From Ginglymostoma cirratum (taxonomy: Eukaryota): 64,000 nucleotides of DNA. The DNA is taken from NCBI GenBank assembly GCA_024137785.1, contig JAHRHZ010000271.1, forward strand, positions 11,667,144-11,731,143. The letters are read 5' to 3'. The position numbers and the translations under genes were made by a program. Of the stretch, positions 1 to 13,069 are shown piece after piece (the stretch's first letter is position 1; each line of letters opens with the position of its first letter). The notes under the pieces were generated by a model. That model had not been told where the DNA came from, did not search any database, and was given only the letters and a program-made list of their open reading frames with translations.

Positions 1-3000
1 CACCGAAATGGCTGGATAAGAAACCGGGCAGCTCTCAGTGATCTACCATTGATTACAGGCTTAAATAAAACTATCTCAATCATGGCAGGGTCAGTAGTGA
101 CTAGCCCCTAGCCATAATGAGGCAAGCTCCACAGGCAAAACATTTCCCTTTACTGGACATTAGTAATGGATTTTGAACTATCCCCCTCCACCTATGGGGC
201 CATTATAAGTTTGCCTTCACATTTCAGAGCCAGCTGTACACATGGACCTTCTTGACTTGGGATTTTTACAATATCTATTTTAGATCAGTGCTATCTTTTT
301 CAAAAACATTTTTGGTCTATTTATGTTTCAGGCATTAAAGTAAAGCTTTGGATGTTGAGCATTGATGGTCTATTTCCACTGCAATAATAATGCCTTAATG
401 TTTTTTTCTCCCCTAAACTTGATTCTGCTCCTATTTTTGCAAGCAGTACTTTTCTTTTCCATTAAAATTAGCGCTATTTATTTTTCTTGGAAAAAGTGCC
501 ACAAGACAAGTGAAGCGAAGGAGGATTGGAAATATGCTGGGCAGCAGCAGTGTGTCTAATAGGAGATCCTATAGGCTGGATGTGATGGAAACAAAGCTTG
601 GGTATCCCCCAGTCAAGTAAACAAAATCAGTCTTATACCCTCTTAATATGATTTTGGGTCCATAAAGAATTATAAATCAAAAATCAGATTTACTACAACA
701 TTTGAAGAGCCAGTGTACTGATTTTCCTTAGCCTGTTGAAGAACATGCACCAATGGTTTAGGCAGAGGATTTGCGAAGCCTGGTCCCCATTTCCTTTGTA
801 GTCACGGTTCTGCTATACATTTGAGATGAGCAAATCCAAAAATAAGAACTAGAGAATCTTCACTCCGATCACATTCAACATTTGTTTGGCTACTTGCACA
901 GCAGACTATAGGAGAAAGAAAAATGCCTCTCTAGCAATAGCACTTATTTTCCAGTAATCAGGCAAGCACCTACCACTTGATAATATATATTCTGTTAAAG
1001 GGAATATACGAATAACATATGAACAATGATGAGCAGGAGAAGATTGTTTTCAAATATGAGAAGATCCAGCAATCCAGTCCCATATCATTCAAATGCTTTA
1101 TACACCCTAAAATATAGATTCTACCCTGCACCCGAAGCCTGTGGTCTGTTGAGTGAGGGGTAATAAACAGAAAGGCCATTGAAGGACAAACACTTGCCAT
1201 GACTCATGGCTCCTCTGATGCAAAATCTCATTGACAAAACAGATGGAGGATTTTGCGGATGATCCTGAAAATGCAAAGAATACAACAACATTGGCACAGT
1301 TCACAGACACCAGAGGCAATTTTAATAACTGACAGTCATCTGTAACTTCCTCATGCCCTTTATAAAAATTCTCCCTCAAGCACACACGTTGCCAATGATG
1401 CTGGGCAAATACTGTCAACTATAAAAATAAAAAAAAAAGTTTTTCTAAAACTTCAGAAACAAATTATTTTCTTTCTGAAATGTTGTATCTGAATCCAATG
1501 TGCTTGCAACCACACTGTCTCCATTTGCTAACAGTTGATGTTTAGAATGTAATACTCTCAACCCAGTCCCTGCTTTTGCATCTAGTAAGGTGCTTGTCTT
1601 CTGAGTGCCAGTAAAGGGACCTGCTGAGGTTGAGATAGCTGTCAACCTCTGCCGGCATAACCAAAGCGTCATCTTGCTTCAGGCTATAGCACTTCATCAA
1701 TAACAGCAATAGACTGGCTGACATCACAAGAAGTCGCTGGAGGGTTGGGCAGAATGGTTTTACTTCCTGCTCCACTTCTGGTGTTTGTGCTGCTAATCTG
1801 TGTGCGAGCAGACTCCAAGGTGCTAATTACGTTGCTGAAGTGTCCCCCAAGCTGTTTGTATTTTGCTGAGCAGGTAAGTGAACCTGCTGAAAGAGAAGGT
1901 GATAGCAGCCGCCTGAGCCAGCATGATGGATGTGAAGTCTGTCTTCTCTGATATGAAGGCCACACTGCAGTCAACTCTGAAAATGTTACATGCCCCAAGG
2001 CAGAAGGCAGCGTTTCAATGTGTAGCAGGATGGCCTCGCTTGTGGGTAGAAGAATATTTAACATTATCTGTCATGTGATTGATCCATCCAACAATGTCAC
2101 TGATGACTCTCTCTAATCTATTGTGTCCTCAGTGCATCTTTCTTACACAGGACCCATGAATTCAGATTTCCTGTCATCTTCAGTGAACAATAAGTTGTGA
2201 GATGAACCCTGTGTTTTCCGTTTGGAGCCACTGCGGTCTGTGTGACTCAGTGGCTGAACAACGTTGTAAAATCAAAATGATCTATTTTGAACTGCACTAT
2301 GTGTGTGTATGGTCTGGAATGTAGCCCAGTATGGTGGAAAATATGGCAGCCAGGCCCACTCAATCACAGCGTGCCCCTGCTTCAGAATCCTCATGGCAGC
2401 GAAACCTCCTGCCTTCAAATCAAACAGTGAAAGGAGCTGGTGAGGCACTTCCAGCTGCTGCCAGCAGAATGTTAAGAGAGCTCATTAATGAGCCAATTCA
2501 CACCCATCATCTCTGAGCTCACTGTGGCTTTGCGGTTGTATAGAGGCAAAATAGGAGCTTTCTCATGCTTTCTGAAGGCTGCCTTCCTATCCGGTTTACT
2601 TACCCCAGGTGCATAGGAGGGAGCGGGGGGTGGGGGGAAGGATTGTTCCTTGTAATCAGGCACCCTGTGCTAAGTTGAGGGAGTCAGCTCCTTGTGGGGA
2701 AATGGCCCCTGATTCCCTCACTTCATCCTTACCGTGACCACTTTGCTATGATACCTACCTAATGATTTCTATCTCATTTACTTTTGGTCTGGAATCCCAC
2801 CGTGATCTTGGAACTTTGGTAGGTTCATTGCAACCCACAACCAGCACTCCTACTGGAGCTGGTGGGAATGAAAATCTGCTTGCCTCTGATTGGATGACAA
2901 CCACGGAATGACACCTCTGGGGGCCTTAATTAAGGGGAGGCCCTGATGGTGGCTATTTAAATGCCTAAAAACCACCTGACTTCATCAGGTCTTCCCCCAA

Positions 3001-3394
3001 AAAACTGACAGGATTTTGCCACCACTTCTCCGATTGGCCGGCAAAACTCCTGACAGCCTGACAAATTCCCTACCTTTGAGTCACTGTATCTTATTAGATT
3101 AATGGATGAAAGCCTCCTATCAATTTAATTTCCATGAGCACATACTGTAATTAAGGCTGCACATTCCCATGATGGCAGTTTCTCAACAAAGGGAACAATT
3201 CCAAATGTAGATAGACTTCATATGAAATTTTATGTGAAGCAAATTATGAAAATCAGCTGCTCCCAAAACCAACAGTTAAGAAACAATTTAAAAACAATGT
3301 CAGTTCTACCAGGAGAAGACAGTGAAACCTATCAACTAAATTAATCTAGCCTGGTGAATTTGTACAGATAAAAAAAAAGGATTTTACAGAATAT

Positions 3395-4021
3395 TGTGAT
3401 GATACAATGGTTTTAGAAGGTGTATTTTGTCTTTTTTGTTAATGAGGAAATGTTGAGGCAGAAGGACCAAGCAATCTTCTCCAAAGCTCATTAAGTAAAT
3501 AGCTTGTGAGGCCTTGGTTTTCTTTCAAAGTTGGAACAATAGAAGCAGCCTGAATGGGTGGGATCAAGCTCTCACAGAACCAGGGTTTTGTTTTAGTTTT
3601 AGCTTTCAGTAGCAATTGTTTTGGTCTTGAAGCTGAACGTGGAAGCTTTTATTCCTTTCTCTGTCACAGCTAAAAGCGAGAGTTCTCTTCTTGCTGCTAT
3701 GTGAGACAATCTATTTTACTAAATTTGCCTTTGCCAAGGGTATGTTAATGTGATATTACAATATTGGAACAGTTAATTAGTGGTAGTTGATATATATTTA
3801 TAGTTTTGTTAAGCATTTCTACAGAGTTACAATTAAGCTAATTATTTTTTTTAATTATTATTTTGCCTGTATTTTAATTATAGTGTGTTTTATTTCAATC
3901 CTGGTAGTTTGACCAATTGAATTCCAACTGAAAAACGACTCTTGCCTTTAAAAGTCAGAAGAAGATAGGGTCTAGACTATCTTCTTAATATATTTGAAGA
4001 GGTTTGGTCTGGTCTTTAACA
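3395..4021 (+). mobile_element. Solo LTR (Gypsy-like)
   Basis: Starts TGTGATG, ends TTTAACA, flanked by a 4-bp TSD ATAT (3391-3394 and 4022-4025); no internal ORF. Confidence 0.7.
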
Positions 4022-4047
4022 ATATGTTTCACTATAAAAGGAGACTA

Positions 4048-6130
4048 TTTTTATTTGTTGATGGAATGTGCATATCACTAGCTGGGGCAGCCATTTGTGG
4101 TACCCATCTCTAATTGCCCTGGAGAAGGCAGTGGCAAGCTGATTTCTTGCAATCTATGTGAGGTAGTGAAACCCACAAAGCTGCTTGGAAGAGAGTTCCA
4201 GGATTTTTACCAAGCTGCAGTCATATTGTTTCAAGTCAGGACGGTGAGTGGCTTAGAGCAAACCTTGCAAATGGTGGAAATGCTCATGATTCTGCTACCC
4301 TTGCCATTTCAGATGGTAGAGGTTACGGATTTGGGAAGATACTGTTGGAGAAACCTTTGTGTCCTGCTGCAGTATATATTGCAGATGGAACACACAGCTC
4401 CCACTAAGTGTCAGTGGTGAAAGGAGTGAATGTTGAAGGTGGTTAGTGGAATACCAGCTAAACAGGCTGCTGTGTCCTTTATATTATGTTGACCTTCTTG
4501 AGTGTTTTTGGAGATGCATCCTCCCAGGCAGGTAGGCAGTATTCCATCACAGTCCTGATTTGTGCCTTGTAGATAGTTGGCAAGCTTTGGGGAGTCAGAA
4601 GGTGATTTACTTGTCACTGAATTCCTAGCATCTGACCTGCTCTTATAGTCATAGTATTTCTATGACTGATCTAATTGTGTTTCCAATCAATGATAACATC
4701 CAGGATGTTGGTAGTGTGGCTTCAGTGATGGTAATGAAATTGAATTTTAAGGGATGATGGTTAGCTTTTCCTTTGATGGAGATGGTTATTGCCTGGCACC
4801 TGTGTGACATGAATGTCTCTTGGCACTTATTGACCCAAGGCTTGATGTTGTGCAGATACTGCTGCATATAGATGCAGACTACTTCAGTATCTGAGGAGTC
4901 AAAATTGATTGTCAGCATTGCGCGGTCCTCAGCAAACATTCCCACTTCTGCAGAGATGTCCTGGAGTTAACATGATTGACCTCCAATAACCACGACTATC
5001 TTCCTTTGTGCTAGTTATGACTCCAACTAGCGGAGAATTTTCCCCTGGATTCCACTGAATCCGGTTTTGCTCGGGCTCTTTGATGTTATATTTAGTCAAA
5101 TGCTACTCATTGTCAATAGAAGTTACTCTCACCTCTCATCTGTGATTCAGCTCCTTTGTCCATGTTTGGATCAAGCCTGTAATGAGGTTATAGGTTGACT
5201 GATCCCTCCAAAATAACAATTGAGCATCAGTGAGCAGGTTGACATCACTGTTGGGGACCCCTTCTATTACTTTGATGATTCAGAGTAGACTGATAGGATA
5301 GTAATCAGCTGGGTTGGATTTGTTGTGCTTTTTGTGTACAAGACATTCTTGGGCAATTTTCAACTTATTTAACTGTCAGGTAGATGTATATGTTGTTGCT
5401 GTTATGCTGCAGCTTGTATAGGAATACGTCAAGGTCCGAACGCACATCCTCGGTATTATTATCAGAATGCATCAAGACCTACAGAACCGTAAGTATCCAC
5501 CGCCTTCAGCTTTTTCTTGATATCATGTAGAGTGAATAAAATTGGCTGAAGACTGATGTTAGGGGACTTCAAGAGGAGGCTGAGACTGATTGTCAACGCT
5601 GTACCTCTAGCTTGATGCAAGTGCTTCAGAATTGTCCTTTGTACTGACATGCTGGGCTCTCCCATCATTGATGAAGAGGACATTTATGGAATGTCATCCT
5701 CTTGTTAGTTTTTTAATTGCCCACTATCATTCACAATTGGGTGTGACAGCACTGTAGAGCTTAGGTCTGATCCAATATTTGTGCGACTGCTTTGCTTTGC
5801 CTGCTGCAAGCTGTTTCTGCTGTTTGACATGCAATTTGTCTTGTGCCATAGTTTCATGAGGTTGACACCTCATTTTTAAATATGCCTGGTATGGCTCCTG
5901 GCATGCTGTCTTGCAGTCTTCAATAAACTAGTGTTGGTGCCCTGGCTTAATGATAATGGTAGAGTGAGGTATATATTGGGCCATGATGTTACAAATTGTC
6001 ATTGAATACAATACTGCTGCTGCTTTCATTGATGATCTTTTTCCAGATGGTGGGCCTATTCAAAATCTATCCCATTCATCACAGTGAGTGTCACACAATA
6101 TGATGGGAAGTATCCTGAACGTGAAGACCA
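4048..6130 (-). mobile_element. Decayed CR1/L2-group LINE, 3' part (RT C-terminus and 3' tail)
   Basis: ORF 4649-4945 (MFAEDRAM..DSSDTEVV..MQQYLHNIKPW..CQAITIS) resembles the RT FADD region and following motifs; 3' tail at 4048-4110 matches the tail of the SINE at 6805-7354. Confidence 0.8.
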
Positions 6131-7001
6131 TTCACTCCATTGAGTCAATGCTAACCCTTTGAAGGAGCTTTCCGATTATTTCCAATTCCTGGTTCTATCA
6201 CCTTGTCTTGCAAGTTTTATTTTCTTTTTAGAGTATATATCCAATACACTTTGAAAGTTAATCTTCAATCTGCTCACACCCCTCTTTCAGAAAGTTCATT
6301 CTAAATCATAACAATTCAATTCATAAATAAATTCATCTAATGTTGCCAATGATTATTTAGTCAGACTACTATTATCACAGCAGAAAGCACTTTTGAAGAG
6401 TAATTTGTAAAATCTCTTCCTGTTACTTTATGAATGAAGCATGGCTCCCTCTTTGTTGCACTAGAGAAATTGACTTTAGGTGGTACATATTACGTGATTG
6501 CCATCCATTAATTTATAAGTTTGAGCTTGTACCCTGAACAGAACTTTGGGGACTTAGACCAGGGCCAGGATATATTCAAATCTCGTGGCCTGGCTGCTTA
6601 AGTTATTACATATTGACCTCATGCCATACTAGTTTATCTATATTAAAAGTATGTGAAGCCGCTAATATAAATTGTTGGACGTGAAAAGTGGAAAAGCACC
6701 TGCTTTGTTATAAAATTTTCCTTGAAAAATCAAGCATGCGTACGTACAAATTAGGAGCAGGACTTGACCTTTTGTCCTCTTGTGCTTACCCTGACATTTA
6801 ACATGGGAAGGCAATGGCCTAGAGGTATTATCACTAGATTATTAAACCAGAAACCCCACTAATGTTCCAGGGACCTGGGTATAAATCCTGCCAAGGAAAA
6901 AGGTGGAATTTGAATTCAATAAAAAAAAACTTCTGGAATTAAGGGTCTAATGATGGCCATGGAATCATCATCAATTGTAGGGAAAACCCATCTGGTTCAC
7001 T

Positions 7002-7222
7002 GATAACACAGTGTGGAGCTGGAGGAACACAGCAGGCCAGGCAGCATCAGAGGAGCAGGAAAGCTGATGTTTTGGATTGGGACCCTTCTTCAGAAAAACT
7101 GAAGAAGGCTCCTGACCCGAAACGTCAACATTCCTGCTGCTCTGATGTTGCCTGGCCTGCTGTGTTCCTCCAGCTCCACACTTTGTGACCTCTAACTCCA
7201 ACATCAGCAGTTCTTACTATTT
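7002..7222. mobile_element. Palindromic PLE-derived mini-element (family A)
   Basis: About 90-bp inverted arms around CTTCAG-AAAAA-CTGAAG; exact 14-bp TSD CCATCTGGTTCACT (6988-7001 and 7223-7236). Confidence 0.9.
7099..7126 (+). ncRNA. Minimal hammerhead ribozyme motif
   Basis: CUGAAGA-A-GGCUC-CU-GACCC-GAAA-C-GUC: conserved core boxes, helix II with one mismatch, palindromic ACGU helix III, GUC cleavage triplet. Confidence 0.7.
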
Positions 7223-7434
7223 CCATCTGGTTCACTAATGTATCTTAAGGAAAAACACAATATTGTTGACTTTTTACTACCCTCTCGACAATTAGGGATG
7301 GACAATAAACACTGGCCTAGCCAGTGATGTCAATATCTCATGAGTGAATAAAAATCATGCCTGACATGATTATGATCTCTATTCTACTTCCCTGCCTATA
7401 CTCTTTACTTCACTGTCAATCAAGAATCTATCTA

Positions 7435-8480
7435 AAAGCAAAATATTGCCAACGCTAGAAATCTGAAACAAACACAGAGAATGCGAGAATGCTGCAAAAA
7501 CTCAACAGGTCATGCAGCATTTGTGGAGTGAGAAACAGAGTTAACATTTTGAGTTGAGTATGAATCTTCTTCAGAGCAGGAAGGTATTGGAATATTTTTA
7601 ATATACACTTTTTGGCAGAGGAAGAGCAAGGAGGCAGATTTTAGTCCACTTATTTAAGGACAGATGTCATTTCATTGGAGGTAGTTTCACTAGGATGATC
7701 TTTGGTATCAGGGGATTGTCTTATGAGCAAAAGCTAAACAGGCTGCAACTGTACTCACTGTAGTTTAGAGAATGAGAGGTCATTGCATTGAAACATATAA
7801 GATTTTTAAGGAGCTTGACAGGGTAAATGCTGAGAGGATGTTTCCCCTTGTAGGAGAGTCTAGTCTCAGAATTAAGGGGCGCCAATTTAAGGCTGAGATG
7901 AGGAGGAATTTCTTCTCTCTGAGGGTTGTGAGTCTTTGCAACTCCTTGCCATGGAGACAGCTGTGGTGGCAGAGTCCTGGTGTACGTTTAAGGCTGAGAC
8001 AGATAGATTATTGATCAGTAGGGGATTCAAGGATTACGGGGAAAGGGGAGGAAAGTAAATGTGTGGAATGTCAGATCAGCCATGATCCTACTGAACAGCA
8101 AAGCAGGCTCGAAGGGTCGAATGCCCTTCGAAGGTTCCTATTTTTTACGGTCTTATGGATGATATAGAGGCCTACTGCGAAAGACAGTGTTGTTAATGGG
8201 GATGTTGGACCTAAACAAAATATAAAATGGGGGAGAATGGGTCCTCTCTGCTCAGAGCAAAGCATACAAAACACAAACATGACAAGGCTGTGGGGGAGGC
8301 CTGTTGGACAAGGTAAGAAATATGGCGTTCAGACAAAATGTGGTCAGTTTCTGAAGTTTTGCCATTTAATATTGACACTTTAAGGTTGTGAAGGGTTTTA
8401 GCGGAAATTGAGGTGTTGTAACTTGTGCTAGTGCTGTGCTTCATTGGAACATGGCAGCAAGCCCAGTTCAGAAACGTTAG
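7435..8480 (-). mobile_element. PLE 3' end (GIY-YIG C-terminus and 3' UTR) containing a nested CR1 fragment
   Basis: 7435-7575 is the PLE terminal motif (CAGCATTTGTGGAGTGAGAAACAGAGTTAACATTTTGAG..CTTCTTCAG); 8340-8470 resembles the decayed end of a PLE ORF. Confidence 0.55.
7640..8156 (+). mobile_element. CR1 LINE 3' fragment
   Basis: ORF 7772-8014 MRGHCIETYKIFKELDRVNAERMFPL..RRNFFSLRVVSLCNSLP is the CR1 ORF2 C-terminus; GGTCTTATGG tail. Confidence 0.9.
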
Positions 8481-8701
8481 CACGGGAACCATAATGTATA
8501 TTAAAGTGGCAAGCAGCTGGGAGTTCAGGGACATTCCAACAGACAGGGTGAATGTGTGCCCCAAAGCTATTGAACTCAGCCCTCAAAATATTCAACAATT
8601 CTGCCTCCAGTGTTCTCTGAAGAAAAGAATTTCTGGGCCTGGTGACCTTTTGAGAGAAAAAGATTCTCACCTCCATCTTAAATAGGAGACTCCTTGTTTT
8701 T

Positions 8702-9270
8702 AAGAGATAGTGGGAACTGCTGATGCTGGAGAATCTGAGATAACAAGGTGTAGAGCTNNNNNNNNNNNNNNNNNNNNNNNNNNNNNNNNNNNNNNNNNNN
8801 NNNNNNNNNNNNNNNNNNNNNNNNNNNNNNNNNNNNNNNNNNNNNNNNNNNNNNNNNNNNNNNNNNNNNNNNNNNNNNNNNNNNNNNNNNNNNNNNNNNN
8901 NNNNNNNNNNNNNNNNNNNNNNNNNNNNNNNNNNNNNNNNNNNNNNNNNNNNNNNNNNNNNNNNNNNNNNNNNNNNNNNNNNNNNNNNNNNNNNNNNNNN
9001 NNNNNNNNNNNNNNNNNNNNNNNNNNNNNNNNNNNNNNNNNNNNNNNNNNNNNNNNNNNNNNNNNNNNNNNNNNNNNNNNNNNNNNNNNNNNNNNNNNNN
9101 NNNNNNNNNNNNNNNNNNNNNNNNNNNNNNNNNNNNNNNNNNNNNNNNNNNNNNNNNAGCATCAGAGGAGCAGGAAAGCTGACGTTTCAGGCCTAGACCC
9201 GAAATGTCAGCTTTCCTGCTCCTCTGATGCTGCTTGGCCTGCTGTGTTCATCTAGCTCTACACCTTGTTA
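8702..9270. mobile_element. Palindromic mini-element (family A) containing the assembly gap
   Basis: Arms mirrored around TTTCAGGCCTAGACCCGAAA; 11-bp TSD TCCTTGTTTTT (8691-8701 and 9271-9281); inserted in a minus-strand CR1 fragment. Confidence 0.85.
8758..9157. other. Assembly gap (400 N)
   Basis: Run of N. Confidence 1.
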
Positions 9271-10699
9271 TCCTTGTTTTTGAACTGTGTTCTGATTCTA
9301 GTCCAACTTCTAGAAATAGTTCTCTTCTCTCCCACAGGGGTTGTATCCTTTCAGTATTTACCCTGTGAATTCCCCATTAGATTTTATATGCTCCATGAAG
9401 ATCACCCCTCAGTCTTCTAATCTCCAATGGATAAAAGCACAAACTGTTAAAACTATATATTCATTACCTTTAAGTGTGCTGAAAATATATATTTCTAAAG
9501 AAAGGTCAACAAAGGAACTTAATCGTTTGTATTTAATAGAAACACTTCCATTACTTATAAATGTTAGGTAGAGAGCATAAAGAGCTGATTAATTGAAACT
9601 CTGCCACAACTTCTAATATAATTAACGTTTGTGCAAATTTACATTTTGCATATATTACAGAAGCTCCGCATACAATTTCCTAAATCAGATTTTAATATCC
9701 GTCAATAACTTTTAAATTTATTCTGTGCCATTAACATTTTTGCTTCAGAGGTGGGAACAATGACTGGTGAGTAGGATATGAGAATATCACATCCTATTTC
9801 TGTTTAATTGCAAATGTAATGTTAACATAGCCAGAATTGACAGCCACCTGAGGTTATTTTATTAGGAACTGAAGCTGCCAATTCCAACCCTTAATACTGT
9901 AATTCAATGCTAACAAAAGCTGGAAAAGTTTCCTGTATTTCAAGTCACAGATTAACTATCTAGTATGTAAGAGGTAAACTAAATGTAAGTGAAATGATTT
10001 CAGTCTTGACATGTGATCTTTTTTGACGACTTGGAAACCTATCACATTGGCAGTAGAACTGCTGAAGGCTTCTTGTTGTACGTGCATTAGGAACAGGAGT
10101 TTGACCTTGCTTATGAAGGAATGCTAAGCAAGTTGAAATATTTAGTGGGTGTTCTAGGACTTAATACACTGCACTGACCTTAAGGCTGATATCCTGCACC
10201 AGCATCTCCTAAAGGATTTCTAGATATACTTCAGATTCCAGAAATGTTTGGGGGCAGAATGGTAGGTTCAGTGAGTCACCATGCTCAGGAATTAACCTGA
10301 CACATCCATCACTCAGGGTTTCAGTAGCCTCACAGCCACACAGTAGACTTTTCTCAAGCAGATCCCCAGCTCTGCTGAAATATAGATGATAGAACTATAT
10401 CTCTGACAGACTTCAAGGACGTGCAGCTAGAAAGAACAGTAATAGACAAGTTAAACCAAGAGGTGGAAAATGTAAAACAGTAAGCTGGAGAAAGTTGTGG
10501 TTCATTTGCAATTTCAAACCCCTCCAAACTGGGTTGATGTAAGCTGGAGAATTGGCATGTTAATTTCCAATTTGGAACTTTATTGTTTTCCCGGAGTCAA
10601 TGTTGTGTTTAACAACTCGAGGCCATGAACCACTTTTTTTCCTGAATATCTGTTTCTTGTTTTTATGTCAGAGCTAAACATTTTTCTGTTGTTATATCC

Positions 10700-11140
10700 T
10701 ACTCTGAACTGATTTTATTCCCTATCCCCACAACCAATTCCATTCACTTTGCCTTTAGTTCTACGACACCTTTTATCTCTAATCTCCATCTTTTGAACCT
10801 TTTCTTGACCTTCCCTTTTGATCTACTTCTTGCACCCCTTTTTTAGTGACACAAAACCTCCCCCAGAAAAACAGAAATTGATGGAGAAACTCAGGACGCC
10901 TGGCAGCACGTGGAAAAAAAAGCAGAGTCAATATTTTGAGTCCAGAATGAAGACCCTTCTTCCAGAAATTGTTTCAGATTTCCAGTATCTGCAGTTCTTT
11001 GTGTTATAAAACCCTACACATTTCCACCTCAGTTCAATCCAAATAAGAGCCATATTGTAATCAAAGCATTACCTCAGTTTGCCTCTCCTCTGATGCTGCC
11101 AGATCTGCTGCGTTCCCGTCACATTTTCACTTTTATTTCT
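10700..11140 (+). mobile_element. Old PLE 3' end
   Basis: Pyrimidine-rich UTR ending CCTCTGATGCTGCCAGATCTGCTGCG..CATTTTCACTTTTATTTC, similar to the other PLE termini. Confidence 0.5.
10864..11008. mobile_element. Mini-element (family B): antisense arm plus inverted tail
   Basis: AAAAACAGAAATTGATGGAGAAACTCAG..GACCCTTCTTCCAGAA followed by TTTCAGATTTCCAGTATCTGCAGTTCTT. Confidence 0.75.
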
Positions 11141-12429
11141 TCACTTCACGAAGACAGTCTGAAAATGTCAATACAGTTGTGGAAGCAAGAGAGGTAGTGG
11201 AAAAATAGTTGTCGTCAGTGTAGAGGGATCTTCATCCATTCAGTATTGATGCAGGGAGCACATAAGTAAAAGAGAAGGGAAGCCAAGAAACGGTAGGGGC
11301 TGTGGCTTAGATTGGGTGTGGGGGTATGATGGGGCAGAGACGTGGTTGGCGATAGATTAGGGGTGGAGTAGGTTGGAGACAGAGGTGGTGTGGGGATAAA
11401 TAGGAGATGACTGTTGTTAGGTTGTGGGAAGGCATTGACAACTTTGAAAATGGAGAATAGGATGTTTTGTTACACTTTATACAAATCTCCAAACCCAATT
11501 TGTCCTGAGTATTTTTGGCAAGGCAGAGCCCCAAAGTGGCCAAATGGGGTCTTAACATAAAACCTGGTTTACCCTGCATTTATTACAAGATGCTGTCATA
11601 ACAAAGGAATTAAGGGGCACAATATGAATGGTTACTCATGGCATCATTAAAGAGACAATGATCACTTCAATTGCATATTTACACTCATTAAGAAGACTGT
11701 GCAGCACTTAGGGGAGAGTATTTGACTTTAGCACATGCTTCTAAAAGTGAACAGCTGTTTGGGAGTAAACCAATTGCTAATGATGATTTTGAGTGCAACC
11801 TAATGATCATTGACCATTTCCTGCTCATTTGCTCCTGGAGCTTTGAAGAGAACTTGGAGATAGGATTATCCTGAAGGCTGTAGTTGAGTGTAAGTTATCT
11901 GACTCCGTGATAACAGAGTCAGTGGTTCAGAAATGTTCTGCTGCGGGGAAAATAGTTTAATCGTTGCTTGCATGTTGAACCTGTAGCTTTCAGTTTTAGC
12001 ATCACCAGGAACATTCAGATTATGGTAATCAATAATTAGGACTAAAGTTGTATGCTAAATCCTGACTTCCAAGCAATTGTGTCTTATAAGCACAGCATAT
12101 TTTTAGTACCTGTGTTCTTTTGCTAAATAATCCCCAAATTTATCAGTTGCTAAACGTAGCCTGAAACAACCTCCAAATACAACAGAGGTAAATTTTAATA
12201 TCCTCAGTAAACAGTGCATTGATCAAAGTCCACATTAACCAGTGCCATTCAGTTTAATGCAGGCAGTGGACAAATTTGTCCTGCCTATTCATATCAGTGA
12301 TTTCCACATCAGCAGGAAGCCCATGCAGTTACTTCATAGCAACTTTGGCCTGCAGGTTTTAAGGGAAGGTGTGATATGTTTGTTTGAGATACGAGGACAT
12401 TGTAAAGAGTTTTGATGGACAATCAACAA

Positions 12430-12538
12430 TCGGGCCTAGGCCCGAAACGTCAAGCTTTCCTGCTCGGCCTGCTGTGTTCATCCAGCCCCACGCCTTGTTA
12501 TCTCGGATTCTCCAGCATCTGCAGTACCTTTTATCTCT
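12430..12538 (+). mobile_element. Family A single arm starting at HHR helix II
   Basis: Begins with the perfect 16-bp palindrome TCGGGCCTAGGCCCGA, then AACGTC, arm and tail. Confidence 0.85.
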
Positions 12539-12879
12539 GATACAGTATCTGCCATGATGTTTCCTGTAGAGTTAAAAGCTTGAAACCTCAATAGAAAGTG
12601 GCAAAAGGCAAACAAAATTATAGCAACAGCCAAAATAAACTTGCAAGTAAGTTGATGAGAATATTTATACAGTGCTGGTAAGGAGATTTGAGTATGGGAG
12701 TAGAGGGTATTTTTTTCAAAATATTTGTTTATTTCTGCACTTCTGCAAACAGAAATGCCACATGTTCCTTGTTAAGTTCACATATGTAATAAAATATAAA
12801 CACTTACTGGAGGTAATGATCTGTGGTAAACATGTTTCACCACAGAACCATTTCTAACCATGATTAGGAGTGGGAGTGA

Positions 12880-13005
12880 GGGTTTTTGTTTGTATTTTCT
12901 AATCAACCTGTTCAGAGATGTTATTACATGCTTCTGGAGTAGGGTGGGTCTTGAACCAAGACTTCCTGGCTCAGAGACAGGAACACTACCACTGTACCAC
13001 TAAAG
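12880..13005 (-). mobile_element. Short tRNA-derived SINE fragment
   Basis: Reverse strand reads TAGTGGTACAGTGGTAGTGTTCCTG..GGTTCAAGACCC (A/B-box-like). Confidence 0.5.
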
Positions 13006-13069
13006 GGGCCAATAACTGATTTCAAAAGCAGCCATTAGTCTCCTCGGTTACTCCAGTTACACAAGTCAC

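Larger units (their letters stand above)
6805..7354 (+). mobile_element. tRNA-derived SINE, interrupted by a palindromic insertion
   Basis: A-box-like GCAATGGCCTAGAGG, B-box-like GGGTATAAATCC, and tail CAATTAGGGATGGACAATAAACACTGGCCTAGCCAG...GAATAAAAA. Confidence 0.75.

Noticed and set aside
1107-1440. Minus-strand exon after the T-rich acceptor at about 1419
   Set aside because: The acceptor is just an A-rich run, the peptide is unrecognisable and no convincing donor was found
8428-9255. Long ORFs of 244 and 181 aa
   Set aside because: Artefacts of translating through the N gap
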